This document shows positions 1 through 8,675 of a stretch of 33,965 bases of DNA, in pieces. The position numbers and the translations under genes were made by a program. The notes beneath the pieces are model-generated. The model saw only the letters and a list, made by a program, of their open reading frames with translations, was not told where the DNA came from and did no database searches. Each line of letters opens with the position of its first letter. Position 1 is the stretch's first letter. Source of the stretch: a virus; the IMG/VR virus record IMGVR_UViG_3300011115_000086. The stretch is one strand, 5' to 3'.

Positions 1-127
1 ACATTGGCGCATTAAACACTGTTTATGAATTGCAGGAAAAATACAAAAATAACCCAAAAGTCAAGATACAAGTCATTGATAATTCGCGTGGCGCTGGCAA
101 ATCTTTTGTAAGTTCGCTTGACAAGCT
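1..127. repeat. 127-bp terminal overlap, identical to 33839-33965 (circular assembly signature)
   Basis: Direct comparison: acattggcgcattaaacactg...ttcgcttgacaagct occurs at both ends of the window. The reading frame of the end ORF continues correctly into 1-245 when 33839 is equated with 1. Confidence 0.95.
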
Positions 128-245
128 GCCTAAATTGAACGAAAATCAAGTTGAAAGGAAGTTATATGACACGCTTGAACAGGCCCGAAGAAGCGGCGCT
201 ATTTCGGAAAACACCTACAGAGGCTTTGCCGCTAAGTCCCGCTGA
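1..245 (+). CDS. C-terminal part of the zeta-toxin-like P-loop kinase (continues 33187-33965 across the junction)
   Basis: Same frame as 33187 after subtracting 33838; stop TGA at 243-245. The complete protein is 298 aa. The ORF-track entry 30-245 is the tail of this gene. Confidence 0.75.
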   Translation, partial: IGALNTVYELQEKYKNNPKVKIQVIDNSRGAGKSFVSSLDKLPKLNENQVERKLYDTLEQARRSGAISENTYRGFAAKSR

Positions 246-261
246 ACATCGAGAGGGCAGG

Positions 262-363
262 ATGCTTGAAAAAGCCACAAGAACATTGGCTGAAGAAATG
301 TCAGCAGCTTTGAACAAAGCTGTCTTGGCTGAAGAAGCAGGATACCCAAGCCGTGGCGCTTAG
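262..363 (+). CDS. Hypothetical 33-aa protein
   Basis: ATG 262 is preceded by GAGGG. It is the non-overlapping part of track ORF 151-363, and its stop overlaps GTG 353 of the next ORF. Short, no recognisable motif. Confidence 0.3.
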   Translation: MLEKATRTLAEEMSAALNKAVLAEEAGYPSRGA

Positions 364-589
364 TTGTGCAGGCTGCAAGTTTTTTGTAAATGCTCAGATC
401 ATGGGTAGCTGTCGCCGTTACCCGCACACAATCAACAGGCACATGAATGATTGGTGTGGGGAGCATGTTGCGTTGCAGCAAATTGAACCCGAAATGGTGA
501 ATCTGCCTGTGTATGACATCATGACTGACACTGTTACCGAACCTAAAAAACGTGGAAGAAAGCCAAAAAATGATCAAGCCACTGCATGA
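353..589 (+). CDS. Small Cys-rich protein with a basic tail, function unknown
   Basis: Track ORF; the start is uncertain (GTG 353 or ATG 401). Pattern CxGCKFF...GSCRRYP...WCGEH followed by PKKRGRKPK. Confidence 0.55.
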   Translation: MALSCAGCKFFVNAQIMGSCRRYPHTINRHMNDWCGEHVALQQIEPEMVNLPVYDIMTDTVTEPKKRGRKPKNDQATA

Positions 590-827
590 CCGGGTTGTTG
601 TTCGCCCAAATGTTCGCAAGTTGTCCGACATAATTTATGTCAACAACAAGGAATCGTTCAATGAAGGAACAGTCGTGGCGGTTGGCCCAAAGGCAGACCA
701 GACACAGGTGGGCGACTTTATTAAGTACGGTAACGGTGATTATTTAAAGTGGCCTGTTCACCACATTGATGGGCAGGACTATCAGATCATTCAAGAAGCC
801 GACATTTGTGCGGTGCTGGAGGCATGA
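570..827 (+). CDS. GroES-like co-chaperonin (Cpn10 family)
   Basis: MIKPLHDRVVVR at the N-terminus and EADICAVLEA at the C-terminus parallel bacterial GroES (MNIRPLHDRVIVK ... SDILAIVEA). ATG 570 is preferred over track start 552. Confidence 0.75.
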   Translation: MIKPLHDRVVVRPNVRKLSDIIYVNNKESFNEGTVVAVGPKADQTQVGDFIKYGNGDYLKWPVHHIDGQDYQIIQEADICAVLEA

Positions 828-988
828 TGGCAAAAGCTGGACTTTATGCAAACATCCATAAAAAACAGGCACGTATCGAACAGCAAAAGGCTGCGGGTAA
901 GACACCTGAACGCATGAGAACACCGGGCGCAAAGGGCGCACCCACTGCGGCGGCATTCAAGCAATCTGCCAAAACCGCCAAAAAATGA
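824..988 (+). CDS. Small basic protein (54 aa), function unknown
   Basis: ATG 824 overlaps the GroES-like stop (ATGA). Lys/Ala-rich product (GLYANIHKKQARIEQQKAAGK...). Confidence 0.55.
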   Translation: MMAKAGLYANIHKKQARIEQQKAAGKTPERMRTPGAKGAPTAAAFKQSAKTAKK

Positions 989-1257
989 AAAAGCACGACA
1001 AGCCCATTGCCCACACCACCACAGGTAAGGGTAAAACCTACAACCCTGTGGAAAAGGGCGCTGGAATGACTGCTAAGGGCCGTGCTGAATACAACGCTAA
1101 AAACAACAGCAATTTAAAGCCGCCTGCCCCGAATCCAAAAACCAAGGCTGATGCTGGTCGTAAGGCCAGTTTTTGCGCTAGGATGGAGGGGGTAGTAAAA
1201 AACGCCAAAGGCCCAGCAGAGCGAGCCAAGGCATCCCTTAAAAACTGGAACTGTTAA
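985..1257 (+). CDS. Small basic protein with an SFCARM motif, function unknown
   Basis: Track ORF; ATGA overlap with the previous gene. Lys-rich, no antisense competitor of better quality. Confidence 0.6.
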   Translation: MKKHDKPIAHTTTGKGKTYNPVEKGAGMTAKGRAEYNAKNNSNLKPPAPNPKTKADAGRKASFCARMEGVVKNAKGPAERAKASLKNWNC

Positions 1258-1268
1258 AGGAACATATC

Positions 1269-1733
1269 ATGTCAAACTCAAAAGCAATTGGCGTAGCCTA
1301 CCAAGACCAAGATATCACAGGCGGTTCGCTAAACGATTCACCCATTGGCGCAACCACACCATCAACCGTTGTTGGCACAACCGTGTATGCCACCAGCGAA
1401 GTTGGCTATTCAAGCGCGGCTCAAGGCACTGTGACCCAAGCCACCAGCAAATCAACTGGCGTGACTTTGAACAAGAGCATGGGCAAAATCACCATGAACG
1501 CCGCATCTTTGGGCGCTGGCGCAAGCGTGACATTTACTTTGACCAACAGCACAATTTCTGCAAATGATGTGGTGATTGCAAGCATCTCTGGCGGCGGTAC
1601 TGCTGGCGCTTACTGGCCTTATGTTTCTAGCCAAGCCGCAGGTTCTGCTGTTATTGGTTTGTACAACGGCACTGCTGGCGCACTGGCTGAAGCTGTTGTG
1701 ATCAACTTTGCCGTCATTCATGGTGCATCTTGA
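1269..1733 (+). CDS. Beta-rich, structural-looking protein with a fibre-type N-terminal motif
   Basis: RBS AAAGGAAC upstream. Ser/Thr/Gly/Ala/Val-rich. SPIGATTPSTVVGT near the N-terminus matches TTIGATTPSTAAFTSGT in the 758-aa fibre protein (9069). Confidence 0.6.
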   Translation: MSNSKAIGVAYQDQDITGGSLNDSPIGATTPSTVVGTTVYATSEVGYSSAAQGTVTQATSKSTGVTLNKSMGKITMNAASLGAGASVTFTLTNSTISANDVVIASISGGGTAGAYWPYVSSQAAGSAVIGLYNGTAGALAEAVVINFAVIHGAS

Positions 1734-1906
1734 ACGTAGAAGCCCTGAAAAGCCGCATTGAGGTCTTGACCGCCCAAGCTAAACAAATGGAGGCAAACCT
1801 CCACATGATTAGCGGGGCGATCCAAGACTGCCATTATTGGCTAAACCAATTGGAGAGCAAAGATGCCGCTAATCAAGTCAATGACCCCCAAGGCGCTGAA
1901 AGCTAA
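1730..1906 (+). CDS. Possible 58-aa coiled-coil protein (TTG start)
   Basis: TTG 1730 overlaps stop 1731-1733. Heptad-like sequence LNVEALKSRIEVLTAQAKQMEANL. Below the track length cutoff; not otherwise supported. Confidence 0.25.
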   Translation: MNVEALKSRIEVLTAQAKQMEANLHMISGAIQDCHYWLNQLESKDAANQVNDPQGAES

Positions 1907-2018
1907 CATCAAGGCCGAAATAGAAGCCGGTAAGCCCGTAAAGCAGGCTGTCGCCATTGGCTATTCGGTCAAGAATGAAGCTGCAAAGGCCAAAAAAGCC
2001 ACGCCTAAAAAGAAATGA
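1863..2018 (+). CDS. Small Lys-rich protein (51 aa)
   Basis: ATG 1863 with GGAG about 7 nt upstream; the stop overlaps the terminase small subunit start (ATGA at 2015-2018). Product MPLIKSMTPKALKANIKAEIEAGKPVKQAVAIGYSV... Confidence 0.45.
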   Translation: MPLIKSMTPKALKANIKAEIEAGKPVKQAVAIGYSVKNEAAKAKKATPKKK

Positions 2019-2434
2019 CTGACTCAATCCCCGTCCTAGAAAAGCGCCCAGTAGGTCGCCCATCCACCTATGACCCAGCATATTGCGAAAAGGTCGTGGA
2101 ACTAGGGCGTATTGGCAAGTCAATTGAACAAATATGTTACCAATTGCACACGCCGGTAAGAACATTGTACGAATGGCGGGATAGGCATCCAGAATTTTCG
2201 CAAGCCTTGGAGGATGCCAAGTCTTATGAACAAGCATGGTGGGAAGAACAAGCCCAATCGTACATGGTTGAGAGCAAAGAGAGTGACCGCTTGAACCCGT
2301 CATTGTGGTCACGGTCAATGGCTGCAAGGTTTCCGAAGAAGTACCGGGAAAGCACCAAGCAAGAAATCACAGGTGCAGACGGTGTGCCATTGCTTACAGG
2401 CATTCAGGTGACATTTGTGAAGCCCAATGAGTGA
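2015..2434 (+). CDS. terS: Terminase small subunit
   Basis: GRPSTYDPAYCEKVVELGRIGKSIEQICYQLHTPVRTLYEWRDRHPEFSQAL is the usual HTH-type small terminase pattern. It lies directly upstream of, and overlaps, the large terminase. Confidence 0.75.
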   Translation: MTDSIPVLEKRPVGRPSTYDPAYCEKVVELGRIGKSIEQICYQLHTPVRTLYEWRDRHPEFSQALEDAKSYEQAWWEEQAQSYMVESKESDRLNPSLWSRSMAARFPKKYRESTKQEITGADGVPLLTGIQVTFVKPNE

Positions 2435-3701
2435 TGTTGCCAGTGCCATTGCCAAAGCTGAGTTTCCAATCAAGCTGCAAGGCTTGTTCAAGCCATCCCG
2501 CTACAAGGTAGCCTACGGCGGCAGGGGTGGGGCTAAGTCATGGGGCATTGCAAGGGCGCTACTGATCAAGGGCGCTAAAGACCCGCTACGCATCTTGTGT
2601 GCGCGAGAGTTCCAGACCAGCATCAAGGATTCTGTCCATAAGCTGCTGTGTGACCAGATCGAAGCCCTTGGCCTGTTGGGTTTCTATGAGATCACCCAAA
2701 ACAGCATCAGGGGCAGGAATGGCACAGAGTTCGCCTTTGCTGGCCTGAAGAACAACATTGCCAACATTAAATCCTTTGAGGGCGTTGACATCTGCTGGGT
2801 AGAGGAAGCGCAGACCACCAGCCGGTTAAGCTGGAACATCCTGATCCCCACCATCCGAAAGCAAGGCAGTGAGATATGGATTTCGTTCAATCCTGAGTTG
2901 GAGACAGACGAAACTTACCAGCGGTTTGTGCTTAACCCTCCTGCCAGCTGCATACAGATCAAGATCAACTGGTCGGATAACCCTTGGTTTCCTGAAACGC
3001 TGAAGCTGGAAAAGGACGCGCTGAAGAACCGCGACTTTGAATCCTACAACCAAGTCTGGGAAGGCTTGTGCCGCCAATCGGTGGATGGGGCTATCTTTGC
3101 CAAGGAACTGCAACAGGCAGAAGTTGAGGGCAGGCTTACCCGTGTGGCTTATGACGCTACAAAGCCCGTCCATGCCATCTTTGACCTTGGCTGGTCTGAC
3201 AGCACATCAATCTGGTTCTTGCAGTTTGTGGGCATGGAAACCCGCCTGATCCGGTACATTGAGGACAGCCAGAAGACCATGACCCATTATTTGGCAACCA
3301 TGCAGACCTTTGGTTATGTGTACGAAACGGTTTGGTTGCCGCATGACGCTGAGAACCAAACGCTGGCGGCAGCTGGACGGTCAATTGATGACATTGTGAG
3401 GGCGGCAGGCTACAAGACCCGGATTTTGCCAAGAGTGCCCATCATTGACTCAATCAACGCCGCAAGGACAATATTCCCCAGTTGCTGGTTTGACAGGGAA
3501 CACGCCGCAGACGGGATTAACTGCTTGCGCCATTACCGATATGAGGTTGACCCAGCCACAGGGCAGTTCAGCCGCAACCCGCTACATGACCATTATTCGC
3601 ACGGGGCTGACGCATTTCGCTACATTGCCCTGATGATTCAAGACACACCTAAGCGCAAAGCAAAAGCACAAGTTGCAATGGCTGGCGGTTGGATGGGATA
3701 A
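2427..3701 (+). CDS. terL: Terminase large subunit (PBSX/Terminase_3-like)
   Basis: Walker A-like YGGRGGAKSWGIARALL, a DxxWVEEA Walker B region and a C-terminal nuclease-like region (DLGWSDSTSIWF, HDA). 424 aa. Confidence 0.9.
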   Translation: MSDVASAIAKAEFPIKLQGLFKPSRYKVAYGGRGGAKSWGIARALLIKGAKDPLRILCAREFQTSIKDSVHKLLCDQIEALGLLGFYEITQNSIRGRNGTEFAFAGLKNNIANIKSFEGVDICWVEEAQTTSRLSWNILIPTIRKQGSEIWISFNPELETDETYQRFVLNPPASCIQIKINWSDNPWFPETLKLEKDALKNRDFESYNQVWEGLCRQSVDGAIFAKELQQAEVEGRLTRVAYDATKPVHAIFDLGWSDSTSIWFLQFVGMETRLIRYIEDSQKTMTHYLATMQTFGYVYETVWLPHDAENQTLAAAGRSIDDIVRAAGYKTRILPRVPIIDSINAARTIFPSCWFDREHAADGINCLRHYRYEVDPATGQFSRNPLHDHYSHGADAFRYIALMIQDTPKRKAKAQVAMAGGWMG

Positions 3702-3719
3702 TCCCACAAAGGGGCAAAT

Positions 3720-5912
3720 ATGGCTTACCAAGACACATCAGGCAAAGACACAAGAATCAACAAAGCCATAGAATTTTGGCGGTTGGTCAATGACGCAGAC
3801 TCAAGCAACCGGGCAGAGGCATTGCAAGACATTAAATTTGCCGCTGGCGATCAATGGCCTGTTGAGATACAGAACAGCAGGAACTTAGAAGCCAGACCCT
3901 GCCTGACCATCAACAAGATTGACTCTTACATCCGTCAGGTAACTAACCAGCAGCGGATGCAGCGCCCACGCATCAAGGTGCATCCTGTAAACAACTTGGC
4001 TGATTACAAAATTGCCCAAGTGATTGAGGGCATGACTCGCCACATTGAAGTCAATTCCAATGCTGACACCGCCTACGACACCGCCTTTGACTACGCCGTG
4101 CGGATGGGCTGGGGCTATTGGAGGATCAACACCCGCTACACAAGCGAGGATTCGTTTGATCAGGAAATCTACATCGACACGATTGACAACCCGTTTACCG
4201 TGTACTTTGACCCAAATTCAATATTGCCTGATGGGTCAGACGCTGAACGCTGCTTGATCACTACGGTGCTGGATAAGAAGATTTTCCGCGAATACCACCC
4301 AAATGCTGATGATGGCGCTAACTTCACCCAGCGATCAACTGGAGATGACACCGCAAGCTGGATCACTAAAGAAGATATAAGGGTTGCTGAATTCTTTCAC
4401 ATTGAACGTGAACGCGCCAAGCTGTATTTGCTGAGTGATGGCACACGCCAATTTGCTGATTCCGAAAGATTCTTTGAGCGTGTTGAAGCTGCTGGCCTGA
4501 CCGTGGTGGATGAGCGCGACAGCTTCCGCAAGGCGGTAAAGTGGTGCAAGATGACTGCCCTAGAAATCTTGGAAGAAAAGACATGGGCGGGTAAATACAT
4601 TCCCGTTGTGCCTTGCTATGGCGCACAGGTTATTGTGGATGACAAGCGCAAGAAATATGGCTTGGTGCGGTTTGCCAAAGACCCGCAACGGATGTATAAC
4701 TTCTGGCGCACCAGCATGACCGAATCGGTTGCGCTTGCACCAAAAGCTAAATGGCTGCTGGCTGAGGGCCAAGACGAAGGACACGAAAACGAATGGGCGA
4801 TGGCTAACATCAAGTCCAGCCCCGTCCTACGTTACAAGCAAAAAGACATTGAGGGCGTACCAGCCCCAGCCCCAACCAGACTGCAACCAGAACCGCCCCC
4901 GTCTGGCATCATGGAAGCCGCTGCCGCTATTTCAGCAGACTTGCAGATGGTGCTAGGGATTGTTGACCCCAACCAGCTACCAAGTGGCAATATTTCAGGC
5001 AAAGCCTTGGCTGGTCAACAAAATCAGGTGGATTTAAGCAACTTCCACTTCTATGACAACATGACCCGATCTATTCGGCATACAGGCAAAATCCTGTTGG
5101 ACTTGATACCGCATATTTACGACACAGCGCGGGTAATGCGGATAATTGGTTCAGACGGTCAGCCTGACATGACCGAAATCAATCAAAAGAATGAAGTTGG
5201 TGAGGTGCTAAATGATGTGACCGTTGGCGAATATGATGTGGTGATGGACACAGGGCCGGGATTCCAAAGCAAGCGCCAGCAAGCAGTTGAGGCAATGATG
5301 CCCCTGCTGACGGGCAATGAGCAATTGTTCAATGTTGCTGGTGACTTGGTGTTCAGGAACATGGACTTTCCCGGCGCTGATGTAATTGCTGACCGCCTTG
5401 CCGCCATGAACCCAATGGCAAATATTGATCAGAAATCAGATATACCGCCTGAAGTTCAAATGCGGCTGGCGCAAGCACAGAAACAAGTGCAGGATATGCA
5501 GCAACAATTGCAAGCCGCCATGCTGGAGATCAACAACCGTGGTCAGGTTGCCCAAATCCGCGAGGAAGGCGCTACTAAACGCAAACTTATGGACGTTACT
5601 GCAAGGGCGCATAACACCGAAACAAATGCAGAGGTTAAGGTTAATGACCAAAACACCCGCGCCATTACTAGCCAAAATAAGACTGAAATTGATGCAATTG
5701 TGCAATTACTGCTGCATCACATGGACACTGGCAGGCTTGAAATGGAAATTGCCAAGCGTAATGCTGAACAGCAACAATATGCTACCGCAGCCGCCGAAGA
5801 CATTTCCCAAGGTGCAAACCCTTTGATACAGCCGCCGCAGCAAATGGCGCAACCAATGCAGCAACCTATGCAGCCGCCAATGCAACAGTCATTTGAACAA
5901 CCAATGCAATAA
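3720..5912 (+). CDS. Portal protein
   Basis: 730 aa directly after terL. Contains the LTINKIDSYIRQVTNQQRMQRPRIKVHP motif typical of P22-like portals, and has a Gln/Pro/Met-rich repetitive C-terminus. Confidence 0.9.
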   Translation: MAYQDTSGKDTRINKAIEFWRLVNDADSSNRAEALQDIKFAAGDQWPVEIQNSRNLEARPCLTINKIDSYIRQVTNQQRMQRPRIKVHPVNNLADYKIAQVIEGMTRHIEVNSNADTAYDTAFDYAVRMGWGYWRINTRYTSEDSFDQEIYIDTIDNPFTVYFDPNSILPDGSDAERCLITTVLDKKIFREYHPNADDGANFTQRSTGDDTASWITKEDIRVAEFFHIERERAKLYLLSDGTRQFADSERFFERVEAAGLTVVDERDSFRKAVKWCKMTALEILEEKTWAGKYIPVVPCYGAQVIVDDKRKKYGLVRFAKDPQRMYNFWRTSMTESVALAPKAKWLLAEGQDEGHENEWAMANIKSSPVLRYKQKDIEGVPAPAPTRLQPEPPPSGIMEAAAAISADLQMVLGIVDPNQLPSGNISGKALAGQQNQVDLSNFHFYDNMTRSIRHTGKILLDLIPHIYDTARVMRIIGSDGQPDMTEINQKNEVGEVLNDVTVGEYDVVMDTGPGFQSKRQQAVEAMMPLLTGNEQLFNVAGDLVFRNMDFPGADVIADRLAAMNPMANIDQKSDIPPEVQMRLAQAQKQVQDMQQQLQAAMLEINNRGQVAQIREEGATKRKLMDVTARAHNTETNAEVKVNDQNTRAITSQNKTEIDAIVQLLLHHMDTGRLEMEIAKRNAEQQQYATAAAEDISQGANPLIQPPQQMAQPMQQPMQPPMQQSFEQPMQ

Positions 5913-5954
5913 TTGACAGCAATATAATTTCGTGGTAAAAACCGCAAAACCTTA

Positions 5955-5971
5955 CCAGTTGGGTCAACTGG
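5955..5971 (+). promoter_or_regulatory. Perfect 7-bp stem hairpin between the portal and scaffold genes
   Basis: CCAGTTG ggt CAACTGG. TTGACA (5913-5918) and TATAAT (5923-5928) lie upstream but are too close together to form one promoter. Role unclear. Confidence 0.3.
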
Positions 5972-5993
5972 GTGAATTCTTTGAGGAAACTCA

Positions 5994-6899
5994 ATGTCAG
6001 AAGTAGCAGAACGACTTGCCGCCAATGTGGTGACAAGTGAAAATTTAGCTGAATTTAATGCCAAACGAATGGGTTTAGCTGATCCATCCCCAAGCGAGGC
6101 TGTTGCACCGACAGAGCCGCAAGAGGTTGATCAAGGACAGAGTGAACCAGCTGAGGTAGAGAACGAAGCGACAGCAACAGAGGATAGAAAACAAAATCCC
6201 AAGCTGGAAAGACGGTTTTCGGAAATAACCAAGCAACGCGAATCAGCACGGGAAGAAGCCCGTAGGGAACGCCAAGCTAGGGAAGATCTGGAAACAAAGG
6301 TAAGGGACTTGGAGGCCAAAATTCAGCCTAAAGCTGAACCAGTAGCCGAAACAGAACCATTGCCAGAGCAGTTCAGCGATATGTACGAATACGCCAAGGC
6401 GTTGACAGACTATCGTGTTGAGCAGCGATTGACGGAAGAAAAGCAAAAGGAAGTGCAGGCTAAAGCTGCCGCCGAACACGCCAAGTTAATTGATACTTGG
6501 GGTCAACGGGTAAAGGAAGCTAAAGCCGAAATGCCAGACTTTGATGACATGATCAATTCCACAGACGTTACGGTAAGTAACGAAGTGCGGGATGCGATTT
6601 TTGAATCTGAGGTTGGCCCACGCATCCTGTATCACCTTGCTGAGAATCCTGATTTTGCTGTAAAGCTGCAAGGCATGACCTTGACCGCCGCCTTGAAAGC
6701 AATAGGGAAATTGGAGGGACAGTATGAAAAGACTGACCCACAGACAAAGCCTGTTGTTGGGAAAAGTAAAGCCCCAGCGCCGATCAATCCAATTCGATCA
6801 GCTGCTAACGGGCGTGATGTAAACCTGACCAGTGATGGTCAATTTCATGGTTCATATCAGGCTTGGAGAGCAGCAAGATTGGCTGGAAAGATTCGCTAA
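5994..6899 (+). CDS. Scaffolding protein
   Basis: Lies between the portal and coat genes. Very acidic/charged, with helical Glu/Lys/Ala-rich composition (REEARRERQAREDLETKVRDLEAK). Confidence 0.7.
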   Translation: MSEVAERLAANVVTSENLAEFNAKRMGLADPSPSEAVAPTEPQEVDQGQSEPAEVENEATATEDRKQNPKLERRFSEITKQRESAREEARRERQAREDLETKVRDLEAKIQPKAEPVAETEPLPEQFSDMYEYAKALTDYRVEQRLTEEKQKEVQAKAAAEHAKLIDTWGQRVKEAKAEMPDFDDMINSTDVTVSNEVRDAIFESEVGPRILYHLAENPDFAVKLQGMTLTAALKAIGKLEGQYEKTDPQTKPVVGKSKAPAPINPIRSAANGRDVNLTSDGQFHGSYQAWRAARLAGKIR

Positions 6900-6922
6900 A
6901 TTCATTCATTTAAGGAAACAAA

Positions 6923-8170
6923 ATGGCAAATAATCTGCTAACCATCAGCATGATCACCAACGAAGCGTTGATGGTCTTGGAAAACGAATTGACTTTCTCC
7001 AGCGAAGTCGAACGCAACTATGACGATCAATTCGCCGTAACTGGCGCAAAGATCGGTGCTACCCTGAACGTCCGCAAACCCGGTCGTTTCATTGGCACAT
7101 CTGGCCCTGCTTTGAACGTTGAAGATTTCAACGAGACTTCAGTGCCTGTGACCCTCTCCACACAGTTCCACGTTGACACCCAATTCACTAGCCAAGACTT
7201 GGCTTTGTCTTTGGATATGTTCTCTGACCGTGTGTTGAAACCCGCTGTCGCCGCTATTGCCAACAAGATTGACTTTGACGGTCTGACAATGGCAAAAAAC
7301 AACACCGCTAACATTGTTGGCACTGCTGGTACACCCCCAACTGGCTTGATTACATACCTGACCGCAGGCGCGTATCTTGACAGCGAGGGCGCACCCCGCG
7401 ATGGTCGCCGTTCATGTATCGTTGAGCCGTTTACTGGCGCAACCATTGTTGACAGCTTGAAAGGTCTGTTTGTTCCCTCAGACAAGATTTCGGCTCAATA
7501 CAGCAAAGGCATGATGGGTCGTGACTCAGCAGGCATGAACTGGAAGATGGATCAAAACGTTGTGGCGCAAACATTCGGTTCTTATGCAACCGCTACTTTG
7601 GCTTGCGCTACCACCACTGCAACTGGTTTCTTGACCAGCGGCTGGGCATCCACTTCCACCATTGCACTGACCGCAACCACAGCAACCGCTGGCCTGAAAC
7701 AAGGTGATGTGATCACGATTGCTGGCGTTTTCGCTGTCAACCCACAGAACCGTCAAGCCTACGGCAGCAACCGTCTGCGTAACTTTGTGGTGACCGCGCC
7801 TGTGACCGTGGCAACTTCTGGCACAACTTCTGTAATCGTTAGCCCTGCTGTGATTACTGCTGGTCAGTTCCAGAACGTTAACTTGGCAACAACCAGCGCA
7901 ACCGCTGTTGTGACTCCATTCAACAACACTGGCACTGTGTCCCCACAGAATATCGTGATGCACAAAAATGCTTTCACTTTGGCCTGTGCTGACTTGGAAT
8001 TGCCTGATGGCGTTCACTTTGCTGGTCGCGCAAGCGATAAGGAACTGGGTCTGTCAATGCGTGTGGTTCGTCAGTACACTATCAACAACGATTCGATCCC
8101 GACTCGCGTTGATGTGCTGTACGGTTGGGCTCCGCTGTACCCTGAACTTGCCTGCCGCGTTGCAGCTTAA
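6923..8170 (+). CDS. Major capsid protein (P22 coat protein family)
   Basis: N-terminus MANNLLTISMITNEALMVLENELTF...NYDDQF...GAKIGATLNVRKPGRF matches the P22_CoatProtein family pattern. Strong RBS TTTAAGGAAAC; 415 aa. Confidence 0.85.
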   Translation: MANNLLTISMITNEALMVLENELTFSSEVERNYDDQFAVTGAKIGATLNVRKPGRFIGTSGPALNVEDFNETSVPVTLSTQFHVDTQFTSQDLALSLDMFSDRVLKPAVAAIANKIDFDGLTMAKNNTANIVGTAGTPPTGLITYLTAGAYLDSEGAPRDGRRSCIVEPFTGATIVDSLKGLFVPSDKISAQYSKGMMGRDSAGMNWKMDQNVVAQTFGSYATATLACATTTATGFLTSGWASTSTIALTATTATAGLKQGDVITIAGVFAVNPQNRQAYGSNRLRNFVVTAPVTVATSGTTSVIVSPAVITAGQFQNVNLATTSATAVVTPFNNTGTVSPQNIVMHKNAFTLACADLELPDGVHFAGRASDKELGLSMRVVRQYTINNDSIPTRVDVLYGWAPLYPELACRVAA

Positions 8171-8195
8171 TTAACCATTTTAAGGAAAACATATC

Positions 8196-8627
8196 ATGGC
8201 AAATCCCGGCCCAGCAACTACCCAAACGATTCACCCAAGCAATTTGGCAACTAACCAAGCAGTGCGCCTTTTGGCCTTTGCAAGTGCAGTTCCTATTTCT
8301 GCAACAGGTGATGCAGCAGTCACTATTCCAGTTAACAACACTTCCAGCTACAACGTTCAATTTGTAGCCATCACCAACGCAAACGTAGACGTTAGCGGCG
8401 GCGCATTGGCTATCTGGACAGCGCCAGCAGGCACAGGCACTGAGATCGTGACTAACGCATCTTTGACCAGCAACACAAGTTCAACCTATGTCACCAATTC
8501 AACCGTGGTTGCTGGTACTAAGGCGACTCGTTTGACAGCCCAAACCCTTTATGTCAAGGTCGGCACAGCAGTCGCTGGCGGCACTGTAGACATTTTTGTG
8601 TATGGATACGATTTCTCCGAGTTTTAA
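8196..8627 (+). CDS. Putative capsid decoration / minor head protein
   Basis: Directly after the coat gene with a near-identical RBS context (TTTTAAGGAAAAC). Beta-rich Thr/Ala/Val/Asn composition. Followed by an intrinsic terminator. Confidence 0.5.
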   Translation: MANPGPATTQTIHPSNLATNQAVRLLAFASAVPISATGDAAVTIPVNNTSSYNVQFVAITNANVDVSGGALAIWTAPAGTGTEIVTNASLTSNTSSTYVTNSTVVAGTKATRLTAQTLYVKVGTAVAGGTVDIFVYGYDFSEF

Positions 8628-8646
8628 TCGGGAATGAGTTAGAAGA

Positions 8647-8675
8647 AGCCATCCTCAAAAGGGGTGGCTTTTTCT
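8647..8675 (+). terminator. Rho-independent terminator after the coat/decoration genes
   Basis: Stem AGCCATCC / GGGTGGCT (8 bp including one G-U), loop TCAAAAG, then TTTTT. A perfect TATAAT follows at 8687-8692. Confidence 0.7.

Noticed and set aside
151-363. 70-aa ORF from the track overlapping the end of the kinase gene.
   Set aside because: Its first 95 nt overlap the well-supported kinase frame. Only the downstream part from ATG 262 (with an RBS) is kept, and only as a low-confidence small ORF.
7027-8017. Long antisense ORFs inside the coat gene (7027-7485 and 7526-8017, minus strand). Similar antisense or out-of-frame ORFs lie at 215-631, 1878-2327, 10427-10804, 13921-14230, 20156-20587 and 22862-23296 (all minus strand), with the same-strand alternate frame 29427-29873 (plus) inside the LPD29-like gene.
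   Set aside because: They lie entirely within well-supported genes. Their Cys/Arg/Ser/Pro-rich compositions are typical of shadow frames in GC-balanced DNA. They have no RBS and no recognisable motifs.
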